Positions 19,744 through 27,870 of a stretch of 44,058 nt of DNA are shown here, one piece after another. This stretch comes from Candidatus Hydrogenedentota bacterium (lineage in GTDB: Bacteria > Hydrogenedentota > Hydrogenedentia > Hydrogenedentales > SLHB01), in assembly GCA_034408725.1 (NCBI GenBank), contig JAWXCN010000201.1:1-44058 (forward strand), in the 5' to 3' direction. The notes beneath the pieces are model-generated. The model saw nothing but the letters and a program-made list of their open reading frames with translations. It did no database searches and had not been told where the DNA came from. Within the stretch, counting starts at the first letter, position 1, and each line of letters starts with the position of its first letter. The position numbers and the translations under genes are program-made.

Positions 19744-21131
19744 AACCCAAGGTCGGCCTTCTACTCCTCTACCTGAAACTCTACGATGACACCATGCCAG
19801 AAGTGCGATCCGCCTTTACCAAAATGCTGAACGCGATTACTGCGCAGTTTATTAAAAAAGATCTTGATGTGGTCCGCGTGAACGTCTGCCGCGTTCGCGA
19901 CGAGTATGCCGAAGCCGTCGCGCATTTCGAGTCTGAAGGGGTCGACCTTATTGTCAGCGTGCATCTTGCGTATTCACCCTCCCTCGAATCCGCCGAAATA
20001 CTTGCGCGAACCCAATTGCCTCTCCTTATGCTCGACACCACGGTTGACGCGCGTTTTACCCAAAGCGCCGATCCCATTCGTCTCATGTATAACCACGGTA
20101 TACACGGCGTGCAGGACCTCGCGTCCGTTCTCCGCCGCATGGGAAAACGCTACGAAATCGTCGCGGGCCACTACGAAGACGCGCGAATTTACGAGCGCGC
20201 CGCGAGCTATGCGCGCGGCGCGCTTGCCGCCAAGCACTTTCGCAATACCAAGGCGTTGCGCATAGGCGACACTTTTCCCGGCATGGGCGATTTCGCAGTG
20301 GAGGATGCTGTACTGCAGAATGTTTTTGGCATTCACGTGGACCAACAGGGCACTGGACCCCTCGCTGACTATGTCGCGCAAGTCCGCGAGGAAGATATAC
20401 AACGCGAGTATGAAACCGACTGTGCCGTCTACGAAATTACCGCGCCGGTGGAGGCGCACCGTAGATCGATCCGCGTAGGCCTCGGATTGAGGCAGCTTCT
20501 CGATGACGGCGGTTACTCCGCTTTCAGCATGAACTTTCTAGCGTTCAACAGCGCGGAACCCCCACTCGACACGGTGCCGTTTATGGAGGCATCAAAAGCG
20601 ATGTCCAGGGGCATTGGATATGCCGGCGAAGGTGACGTGCTCACCGCTGCGCTTGTCGGAGCACTGCAAAGAGCTTTTTCGAATACTACCTTCACCGAGA
20701 TTTTCTGTCCCGACTGGAAGGCCGGTTCGCTTTTCATCTCGCACATGGGCGAAGTAAATCCCCAGATCGCAGCGAACAAACCGCGCTTGTGCGAGAAGGA
20801 TTTCCCGTGGACCCCTGCAAAGAACCCGGCCATTATCGTGTGCGCGCCAAAGCCCGGTAATGGAACCTTGGTAAGTCTGGCTCCCGGTCCCGGCGATTCG
20901 TTTGGACTCGTAGTTCATACGGTCAGAATTGAGCCGGATTATCCATCGTCTTTCCAGGATTCCGTGCGCGGTTGGATTACCCCGGGTGGAAGTGTGGAAT
21001 CATTTTTGGAACACTATTCCCTCGAGGGCGCCACGCATCATTGCGCACTGTTACTCGGTGAAAAAATGGTTGAGCTGTCCGCATTCGCGGATATCTCTGG
21101 CATGGGACACAACGTGATTAGATGTCGATGA
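19740..21131 (+). CDS. L-arabinose/L-fucose isomerase superfamily protein
   Basis: MYNHGIHG, GIGYAGEGD, SHMGE, GATHH metal and catalytic motifs of the AraA fold; overlaps the kinase stop (ATGA). Confidence 0.82.
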   Translation: MKPKVGLLLLYLKLYDDTMPEVRSAFTKMLNAITAQFIKKDLDVVRVNVCRVRDEYAEAVAHFESEGVDLIVSVHLAYSPSLESAEILARTQLPLLMLDTTVDARFTQSADPIRLMYNHGIHGVQDLASVLRRMGKRYEIVAGHYEDARIYERAASYARGALAAKHFRNTKALRIGDTFPGMGDFAVEDAVLQNVFGIHVDQQGTGPLADYVAQVREEDIQREYETDCAVYEITAPVEAHRRSIRVGLGLRQLLDDGGYSAFSMNFLAFNSAEPPLDTVPFMEASKAMSRGIGYAGEGDVLTAALVGALQRAFSNTTFTEIFCPDWKAGSLFISHMGEVNPQIAANKPRLCEKDFPWTPAKNPAIIVCAPKPGNGTLVSLAPGPGDSFGLVVHTVRIEPDYPSSFQDSVRGWITPGGSVESFLEHYSLEGATHHCALLLGEKMVELSAFADISGMGHNVIRCR

Positions 21132-21151
21132 CGATGGAGACGCTTTAGATC

Positions 21152-22168
21152 GTGTGGCGGCAAACAACAAAATTCGAGCAGAACCAGCGTATTTTTTCGG
21201 AAGAATTCGATGCGTTTCTACCAAAACGCATCCTCGATTTTCATGTACACGTGTTCAATCGGGGCGTTGCGCCCCCAAAAACCCCGTATTCATGCGGTGG
21301 CCACTATATCGTGCATTATGATTTCGATGACCTCAGTCATGACCTGGATGCCGCGTATCCTGGGCGAGAAACGTCTGCGGTTTGTTTCGGCATGCCCATC
21401 GTCGGTTATGACACTGCATTGAACAATCATTACATCGGCGAAGCGAGCGACAATAAGCGCTTCTTCGGCCTGCGCCTCCTCGACCTTGAAAACGACTCCC
21501 CCGATGCGCTTCGTCAAGACCTGGAATCAGGCAAGTTCGCCGGTGTGAAGCCTTATCCCGACTACGTCCGGAAACCCGATGTGAACGCCGTCGAAATCCA
21601 CGAGATGCTCCCTGACTGGGTCATGCAACCCGTAAATGACCTCGGTCTATTGGTCATGCTGCACATTCCCCGCAAAGCGCGCCTGGCCGATCCCCTGAAC
21701 CAGCAACAACTCGTGGAGTTGTGTACGCGCTATCCGAGAGCCCAAATCGTGCTGGCGCATATTGGCCGCGCGTACTATCTCAAAAATGTAATCGGCAACC
21801 TTGATTCGTTGAAAAATCTTCCGAATCTCTACTACGACCTCGCGATGGTGAACCATTGGGAGGTCATGGAACATTTGTTCGCAACAGTCGATGCGAAAAA
21901 AATCCTGTATGCCAGCGACATTCCGATCGCCCTCGCACCCGGGAAATCCGTGGAAATAAACAACCAATACACTTACGTCACCCCGGTACCGTGGGCGCTT
22001 TCGATTTCCGATGAACACAAAAAGCTGCAATTCACCGGCTTCCTGTACGAAGAGCTCCGTGCCATCAAGAAAGCAGTAGAACGGCTCGATACGCCGCGCG
22101 CATTTGTCGAAGACCTTTTTTACAACAATGGCATGGCGCTGTTGCAGCGCGTGCTCAGTCGGAAGTAG
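21152..22168 (+). CDS. Amidohydrolase_2 family metal-dependent hydrolase
   Basis: DFHVH, GVKPY, MLH, LAHIGR, LYASDIP. Confidence 0.85.
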   Translation: MWRQTTKFEQNQRIFSEEFDAFLPKRILDFHVHVFNRGVAPPKTPYSCGGHYIVHYDFDDLSHDLDAAYPGRETSAVCFGMPIVGYDTALNNHYIGEASDNKRFFGLRLLDLENDSPDALRQDLESGKFAGVKPYPDYVRKPDVNAVEIHEMLPDWVMQPVNDLGLLVMLHIPRKARLADPLNQQQLVELCTRYPRAQIVLAHIGRAYYLKNVIGNLDSLKNLPNLYYDLAMVNHWEVMEHLFATVDAKKILYASDIPIALAPGKSVEINNQYTYVTPVPWALSISDEHKKLQFTGFLYEELRAIKKAVERLDTPRAFVEDLFYNNGMALLQRVLSRK

Positions 22169-22175
22169 GAGACGT

Positions 22176-23324
22176 ATGCGCACACTCCGCGTCGGAATGG
22201 TTGGTCACGGATTTATGGGTAAGATGCACGGGCACGCCTATCGCTCGCTCGGTTTCTACTACGAACCGCCGCCTGCCAAAGTTATCCTTGCCGGCGTGGC
22301 AACCCACAGCGAAGCATCCTGCAAACGCGCGGTGAATGAATGGGAATACGAATTCGGAACAACCGATTTCCGCGAACTTTGCGCGCGTCCAGATATCGAC
22401 ATCATCGATTGCTGCGTTCCGAACTATCTTCACCGCGACGTGCTCCTCTGCGCACTGGAACATGGCAAGCACGTTTATATGGACAAACCGCTCTGCAACA
22501 CGCTCGACGAAGCCCGCGAGATGGCCGCATGCGCCGTCCGGCATCCTGAGTGCATTACGCAAATGACCTTTCAATACCGCTTCGTGCCCGCGCTCCTGCG
22601 CGCCAAACAACTACTCGATGCGGGCGCGCTCGGCGAAGTGTTTTCCGCGCGGGTGTGCTATCTGCACGCAGGCTACGTCGATCCGAATCGTCCGTTTTCG
22701 TGGCGGTTAGATAAGTCAAAAAGCGGGCGCGGCGGCGCCCTGTTCGATCTCGGCGCGCACATAGTCGATCTGACGCGGCATCTGCTCGGCGAATTCAGCG
22801 AAGTGTTTCATCTCGGCGAGACGTTCATCAAACAACGTCCGTCGCCCGGAAAGCCGGATGAAAAAGTCCCCGTCGAAGTCGATGACGTATCGATCATGAT
22901 GTTTCGCCTTGCGAACGGCGCGGTAGGAACACTCGAATCCTCGCGCCTCGCCACCGGTGCGCAGGACGAAGTCCGCGTCGAAGTCCACGGAAGCAAGGGC
23001 GCCATCCGTTTCAACCTAATGCAACCCAACTACCTCTAATTTTTCGATAATACATTGCCTGAACACCCCTATGGCGGAGACCGCGGCTTCAAACAGATCG
23101 AATGCGTATCCCGCTATCCAAAACCCTTCTCATTACCCGGACCGAAAAACTCCATCGGCTGGGAGCGGTTTCACGTCCACTCCGCGTACAATTTCATCAA
23201 CGCCATCGTCACAAACGCGCCAACCAAACCGGACATACTCGACGGCGCAAAAACGCAGGCCATCCTCGAAGCCGCCCTCGATTCATCCGCACAACGTGCC
23301 TGGGTAACGGTTCCGACGGTGTGA
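22176..23324 (+). pseudogene. Gfo/Idh/MocA oxidoreductase interrupted by an in-frame TAA (23037-23039)
   Basis: VGHGFMG, PNYLH, GKHVYMDKP, GGALFDLGAH; the same frame resumes after the TAA (FFDNTLPEHP...PDILDGAKTQAILEAALDSS...WV), which is a typical family C-terminus. Confidence 0.85.
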
Positions 23325-23333
23325 TTTTGTAGC

Positions 23334-24536
23334 TTACGCCGCATCAGGGGTATCGAGCACCTTGCGAATCTCATTTGCAAGCGCGGAAAGCCGGAACGGT
23401 TTCAATAAAAACGATTTCGCGCCCCCGGTCTCGAACAACTGGCTTGATACCAGTTCCTGTTCAAACCCCGTGCAGATGATAATGCGCATTTCAGGGCGCA
23501 GCGCCCGCAACCGCGGGAATGCGTCTGCCCCACCCATCACCGGCATGGACATGTCGAGCAGCGCGAGGTGGATCATGCCGTCGTGGCTCCCGGCGATTTC
23601 CACGGCTTCCTGCCCGTTCCGCGCGGTGAGCGTCGAATAGCCTAAACGCCGTAGCGTTTCCTGCGTCACTTCCAGAATCATGCGTTCGTCATCGACGATT
23701 AAAATCGTTTCGCCGCCGGCGGGCATCACCGCCGATGATATGGGTGCCGCGTCATCCCCGGCGTCAAGCGCCGGAAGATATACCCTGCACACCGTGCCTC
23801 TTCCAGGAAAACTGTTGAAGACCACTTGCCCATTGGCACTTTCGACTATTTTTCGCACCGTGGCAAGACCCTGGCCGGTTTTGTCCTCACGCGTCGTGAA
23901 ACCCGGCTCGAATATGCTAGCGAGGGTCTGCGGGTTCATACCCCCACCATCGTCTTCAATAGACAGCAGCACATACGGTCCGGCCCGGAGCGATGAGCCC
24001 TCTGGAATTGAATCCGAGTCCAGCACCAAATTCCGGGTGCGAATGGTTACGCGTCCTTTGCCGTTGAGCGCCTCGACCGCGTTGGTAGCGAGGTTGAGCG
24101 CCGCTTGCGAGATCGCCGTGTGCTCTGCCAGCACGCGCCACAAATCAGGATCGATGTGTCGAATGATCCGCACGCTCGGCGCAAGCTTTGTCTCTTCCAC
24201 GAGAAGCAGGTGGTAAACGATTGCGTTGAGATTGACGGGCTCGGGTTTTCGGGTACGGCCCTGTGTAACCGCGAGGATGCGTTGCGTTAGACTGCCGGCG
24301 AGTTCGGCGGCTTTCTCGATTGCTTCGAGAGTAGAGGCGCGGGACTGATCACCCTTGAGATCGTCCCGCAACAGCGCGACATTGCCGAGCACAGTCTCCA
24401 TCAGGTTATTGATGTCATGCGCAATGCCGCGCCCGGTCATTGCGATGGCTTCGAGCCGTTCGGCCTCTTGCGCCCGCTCCAATACTTCGCGAGGCGTGGC
24501 GCCCCTCATAGAATCCTGTTGCATTCGACCCCTCAC
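23334..24536 (-). CDS. Cytoplasmic hybrid histidine kinase (HisKA-HATPase-REC) with no sensor domain
   Basis: H-box GIAHDINNL, N-box NLATNAVEA, DDGGGM, IFEPGFTT, GQGL; receiver domain ILIVDDE...LLDMSMP...LKPF. Confidence 0.92.
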   Translation of the reverse strand: MRGRMQQDSMRGATPREVLERAQEAERLEAIAMTGRGIAHDINNLMETVLGNVALLRDDLKGDQSRASTLEAIEKAAELAGSLTQRILAVTQGRTRKPEPVNLNAIVYHLLLVEETKLAPSVRIIRHIDPDLWRVLAEHTAISQAALNLATNAVEALNGKGRVTIRTRNLVLDSDSIPEGSSLRAGPYVLLSIEDDGGGMNPQTLASIFEPGFTTREDKTGQGLATVRKIVESANGQVVFNSFPGRGTVCRVYLPALDAGDDAAPISSAVMPAGGETILIVDDERMILEVTQETLRRLGYSTLTARNGQEAVEIAGSHDGMIHLALLDMSMPVMGGADAFPRLRALRPEMRIIICTGFEQELVSSQLFETGGAKSFLLKPFRLSALANEIRKVLDTPDAA

Positions 24537-24677
24537 TCCACCGAAGAAAATGACCGCAAAACAAACCTGATCAGCGGGTTAGAACAGCGATAACGAAATT
24601 CGCACCGCGCGAATCATAGCATGGCCGCGCGCTGACTGCACCAATGGGAAGGACCTGCGAAGCGGGCAACCCGGCAC

Positions 24678-24929
24678 TTACCAACGAATAGAAAGCACAG
24701 AGTCTTGGTGGGCCGCTTCGGGAATCGAATTGACGGGGGTGGAACGCAACTGGCGCACAACGTCCACCAGCCATAGTCCACTGCATTCGTGCATAGAACC
24801 AGTCCATCCCTCTCTCAAAAGACGATCCAGTTCACGTTCGGCGCCGGCTTCTTCGCCGCGCCAACTGACCATCCGGCACGTGCGTTGGCCGGTGATACAC
24901 GGCATGTCGAGTATCTGCTTGGCGTTCAT
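24678..24929 (-). CDS. Hypothetical small protein (83 aa, MNAKQILDMP...)
   Basis: ATG at 24929 preceded by AGGA; this is the 3' part of the 24678..25109 ORF; no homology recognised. Confidence 0.45.
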   Translation of the reverse strand: MNAKQILDMPCITGQRTCRMVSWRGEEAGAERELDRLLREGWTGSMHECSGLWLVDVVRQLRSTPVNSIPEAAHQDSVLSIRW

Positions 24930-24954
24930 GGGACCATTCCTGCATGTATCAGCA

Positions 24955-25216
24955 GCTCCCAGGAGAGAGACCCTCCACAGATTGGGGCCTCCCCCCCGGG
25001 GAGCGGGCTTGGCTAAACTTTGAATACTGGCCGCCAGGCGAATCCCTCCGCCTGGCCAATCCACCACCGGCGACTGGCGTCGAGATCGCCTTTCTTCCCT
25101 CGCTGCCACAGGCCGCGGGAGACTTTGTCCCCCGGACCTGTGACCAGCGGTAAAACTGTCGTGCCTGAGGAGGTATTGGACAGTTAGAGGTACTGTTCTT
25201 GGTGTCGCCTCAGCAC
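24955..25216 (-). ncRNA. Candidate structured RNA or long structured intercistronic leader
   Basis: Hairpins 25004-24986/24972-24955 (18 bp, 4 G-U), 25056-25033 (10 bp, GGGA loop), 25144-25105 (18 bp, 3 G-U) and 25216-25161. Confidence 0.5.
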
Positions 25217-25217
25217 C

Positions 25218-25391
25218 TCAGAATCCGTGGATCAACAGCCGGACACCGATAGCGCTCGTCGCGATCACAATTACCAATAGCACCGCTTTGACCGGCATTC
25301 GCATTCCACGCCGACGCACCGGTCTCGTTCGAAACCCCGAATAGTGCACGTTCGCATCCAGTGCCAGAAGAGGTTGTTCAATTTTGCTCAT
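25218..25391 (-). CDS. Small membrane protein (57 aa, single C-terminal TM helix)
   Basis: GGAGG before ATG 25391; basic stretch RTRPVRRR followed by AVLLVIVIATSAIGVRLLI; overlaps the upstream ORF end. Confidence 0.6.
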   Translation of the reverse strand: MSKIEQPLLALDANVHYSGFRTRPVRRRGMRMPVKAVLLVIVIATSAIGVRLLIHGF

Positions 25392-25578
25392 CACACGAAA
25401 CCTCCCCTCGTTTTCCCGCCCCAACAATCGTTTCTTCTATCGCGCCCCAGTGTGTATGGCGCTGCTGGTCAATCTGCTGAATACCGTCCCGAAAACCTTG
25501 ACCTATCGCCGACATCAGCAATCGCTCTTCAACATCCATCTCGTGCAAGAGCGAACTGTTTTCCAGTGGTGTACCCAT
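25378..25578 (-). CDS. Hypothetical small protein (66 aa, MGTPLEN...)
   Basis: Tiles between its neighbours on the same strand; G-rich RBS-like sequence upstream; no homology recognised. Confidence 0.5.
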   Translation of the reverse strand: MGTPLENSSLLHEMDVEERLLMSAIGQGFRDGIQQIDQQRHTHWGAIEETIVGAGKRGEVSCDEQN

Positions 25579-25621
25579 CGCATGCCCCCGCACGAAACCT
25601 GTTTCGCCGTTAAGAACCAGG

Positions 25622-25810
25622 CTATGCGCGTTCCAGACAGAACGCTACATCGTGTTCCGGCACGTGGAGTAAATTGGCCGCCTGATTCAAATCCATGTCA
25701 ACCAGCGTCAACACACGCTTCATGTATTGGTTGCGAAACTCGCTCAGCGACAAGACCCGTTCCTCGGCGTTCTTGCTTGTTTGCCATCGCTCAGCCGTAT
25801 GATTTTTCAT
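25622..25810 (-). CDS. Stand-alone Fis/HTH_8-like microprotein (62 aa)
   Basis: GGAGG RBS; LSLSE..NQYMKRVL....DLNQAANLLHV aligns without gaps to the C-terminal HTH of the neighbouring activator. Confidence 0.7.
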   Translation of the reverse strand: MKNHTAERWQTSKNAEERVLSLSEFRNQYMKRVLTLVDMDLNQAANLLHVPEHDVAFCLERA

Positions 25811-25837
25811 CGTTCCAAATCCTCCGCTTTCTTAGGG

Positions 25838-25853
25838 AGCACTTTGCGTGCCA
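25838..25853 (-). promoter_or_regulatory. Sigma54 (-24/-12) promoter
   Basis: Minus strand reads TGGCACG-CAAA-GTGCT, one mismatch from TGGCACG-N4-TTGCW, and ends 27 nt before the ATG at 25810. Confidence 0.8.
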
Positions 25854-25960
25854 AGATAAGGATTTGAGTGGATGAAAAGTTTAAACTATTACAAATAGAC
25901 ACTTTAGAAGGTTAGTCGACCGGATTCCGGTAGGCAAGGTCACGACTGGCGCAAGGATGG

Positions 25961-26000
25961 AGTAAAGAAAATGTACAGGGGTTTGTCCAGAATCTTTACT
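25961..26000. promoter_or_regulatory. Candidate enhancer (UAS) pair for a sigma54 activator
   Basis: agtaaagaaaatgtaca (25961-25977) and an inverted copy tgtccagaatctttact (25984-26000; reverse complement agtaaagattctggaca), about 110-150 bp upstream of the sigma54 site. Confidence 0.6.
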
Positions 26001-26025
26001 GGCGCGTCCCTCGGCAAACAGTGCG

Positions 26026-27870
26026 CTACTCTTCGACGATTGCGTAGTCGTTGATTTTCTTGTAGAGGGTCACACGCGAAATTCGAAGCGCCTGGGCTGC
26101 GCTGCGGATATTCCATTTATGGCGCTTGAGAATGCGAACGATGTGGTGACGTTCGGCTTCGGAAAGCGTGAGCAAATGAGAACCGGAATCCGACTCACCT
26201 TTGGATTCGTTCGGCAGCACAATGTCGTCCGCTTCAATTTGTTCGCTCTGCGCGAGCGCTGCTGCGCGTTCGACGCAAGAGCGCAATTCGCGCACGTTGC
26301 CTGGCCAATCGTACACCATTAACTTGTCAACCGCGGCCTGCGAAAGCGAATGTACGCCATAGGGCGCCGCGCGTTGCATTCGTTTGAGAAAATGGTCTAC
26401 CAATTCGTTTATGTCCGATTTTCTGTCGCGCAATGGCGGCATCAAAATCACGACCCCACTCAACCGATGATAAAGATCGGGCCGAAACCACTTCGTGCTT
26501 TCCTTCGATCCGAGCGGACGATTGGTGGCCGTGACGATCCGGACGTCGACGGCTACCTCACGCGTACCCCCGACGCGATGGAACCGTCCACTCTCGATAA
26601 TTCGCAGAATTCGCGCCTGATTGTCGAGCGACAAGTCCCCCACCTCGTCTAAAAATAACGTACCGCCATGGGCGACCTCAAAGTGACCTGGCTTTTGCCG
26701 TGCCGCGCCGGTGAACGCGCCTTTCTCGTGTCCAAACATTTCGGTTTCAAACAATTCCCGAGGGATGGCCGCGGCATTGACAACCACATATGGGTTCTTT
26801 GCCCTGGGACTAAGATCGTGGATCATGCGTGCAAGAAGTTCTTTACCGGTCCCGGTTTCGCCCAGCACCATTACGGCCAGTTCCGATTTCGCGCTCCGGC
26901 CGGCGAGGTCACGCACCTCTTTCATTTTCGGACTTCCGCCAATCAGGCCGGGCGCGGCGCCGACGACTTCACACATGCGCGCCATATCACGGCGCAATTG
27001 CGCCGTTTGTTCCGCGGCCCGCAGGTAGGGTGTAAAAGTATGGGCAAGCGCGAGAAAAAATTCGAGATCGCCTTCATCGTAAATCCGGCGCGGCATGGCG
27101 CCACGCAGGGCCAGCGCGCCAATGCGCTCATCCGCGAGAATGAGCGGCGCGATGAGCACCGTCTCGATGACGTTCTTGCCCGATTCTGTGCGCCGCCGCG
27201 GCACGAGCATGCCGCTTTCCGTCCCGAGCGCGCGCTGGATATCAGATTCGGGCAGTGGCTCGCTTGGTACATCGCCCGGCAGCGGATCAGGCACCAGCTT
27301 TTTCTCGGAACCCACCAAGCGGACCAGCCACCACGCATCCGGTTCAAACCTGCGCATGAGCACACCCTTGAGACTCGCGAGCAATTCCGGCACGTCAGCG
27401 CACCGCGCAAACTCGCGATTAAATCGAAGGAGATCGCGAAACTCGGAAACCAGTGGTGGCGGCGTGGCGTCGTCTTTCGTGATCGATGGGTCCTGGATGA
27501 AAAATGCTTCCGAGAGAGAGAGGGTCGCCGGTGTTGAATCGGCAATGGGGGATCCGGAGGGATCAGACGCCAGGTCGATAAGGATTACGCGCAAGGAATA
27601 CGGACCGACCGTGACAACGTCGCCTTCCTTCAGAACGGAGTTCGCCACCTTCTTCCCATTCAATATGGTGTCGTTGCTGCTTTCAAGATCGCGTAAGTGC
27701 GGTGTGTCGCCGTCAACCCACACCTCGCAATGACGCCGTGAAATCGTGGCGTCCGCAATACGAATCGCGCATTCGCTGCTACGGCCAATGCACATGGTCT
27801 TGGCGGACAGGCCCCACGTCTTGCCAATGCTCGAACCTTTTGTGATCTGTAAAGCGAACTGCTTGCTCAT
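26026..27870 (-). CDS. Sigma54-dependent enhancer-binding protein with FHA and GAF domains
   Basis: FHA motifs IGRS, ISRRH and DLESSNDT; GAF-like region ending YDEGDLEF; GETGTGKE, GAFTGA, LFLDEVG, WPGNVREL; C-terminal Fis HTH. Confidence 0.96.
   Translation of the reverse strand: MSKQFALQITKGSSIGKTWGLSAKTMCIGRSSECAIRIADATISRRHCEVWVDGDTPHLRDLESSNDTILNGKKVANSVLKEGDVVTVGPYSLRVILIDLASDPSGSPIADSTPATLSLSEAFFIQDPSITKDDATPPPLVSEFRDLLRFNREFARCADVPELLASLKGVLMRRFEPDAWWLVRLVGSEKKLVPDPLPGDVPSEPLPESDIQRALGTESGMLVPRRRTESGKNVIETVLIAPLILADERIGALALRGAMPRRIYDEGDLEFFLALAHTFTPYLRAAEQTAQLRRDMARMCEVVGAAPGLIGGSPKMKEVRDLAGRSAKSELAVMVLGETGTGKELLARMIHDLSPRAKNPYVVVNAAAIPRELFETEMFGHEKGAFTGAARQKPGHFEVAHGGTLFLDEVGDLSLDNQARILRIIESGRFHRVGGTREVAVDVRIVTATNRPLGSKESTKWFRPDLYHRLSGVVILMPPLRDRKSDINELVDHFLKRMQRAAPYGVHSLSQAAVDKLMVYDWPGNVRELRSCVERAAALAQSEQIEADDIVLPNESKGESDSGSHLLTLSEAERHHIVRILKRHKWNIRSAAQALRISRVTLYKKINDYAIVEE

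Noticed and set aside
24930-25109. N-terminal extension of the 143-aa ORF; cobalamin riboswitch-like words (GCCAC, GGGAAG)
   Set aside because: The extension runs through hairpins and a better start exists at 24929; the riboswitch motifs are not in the right order or on the same strand.
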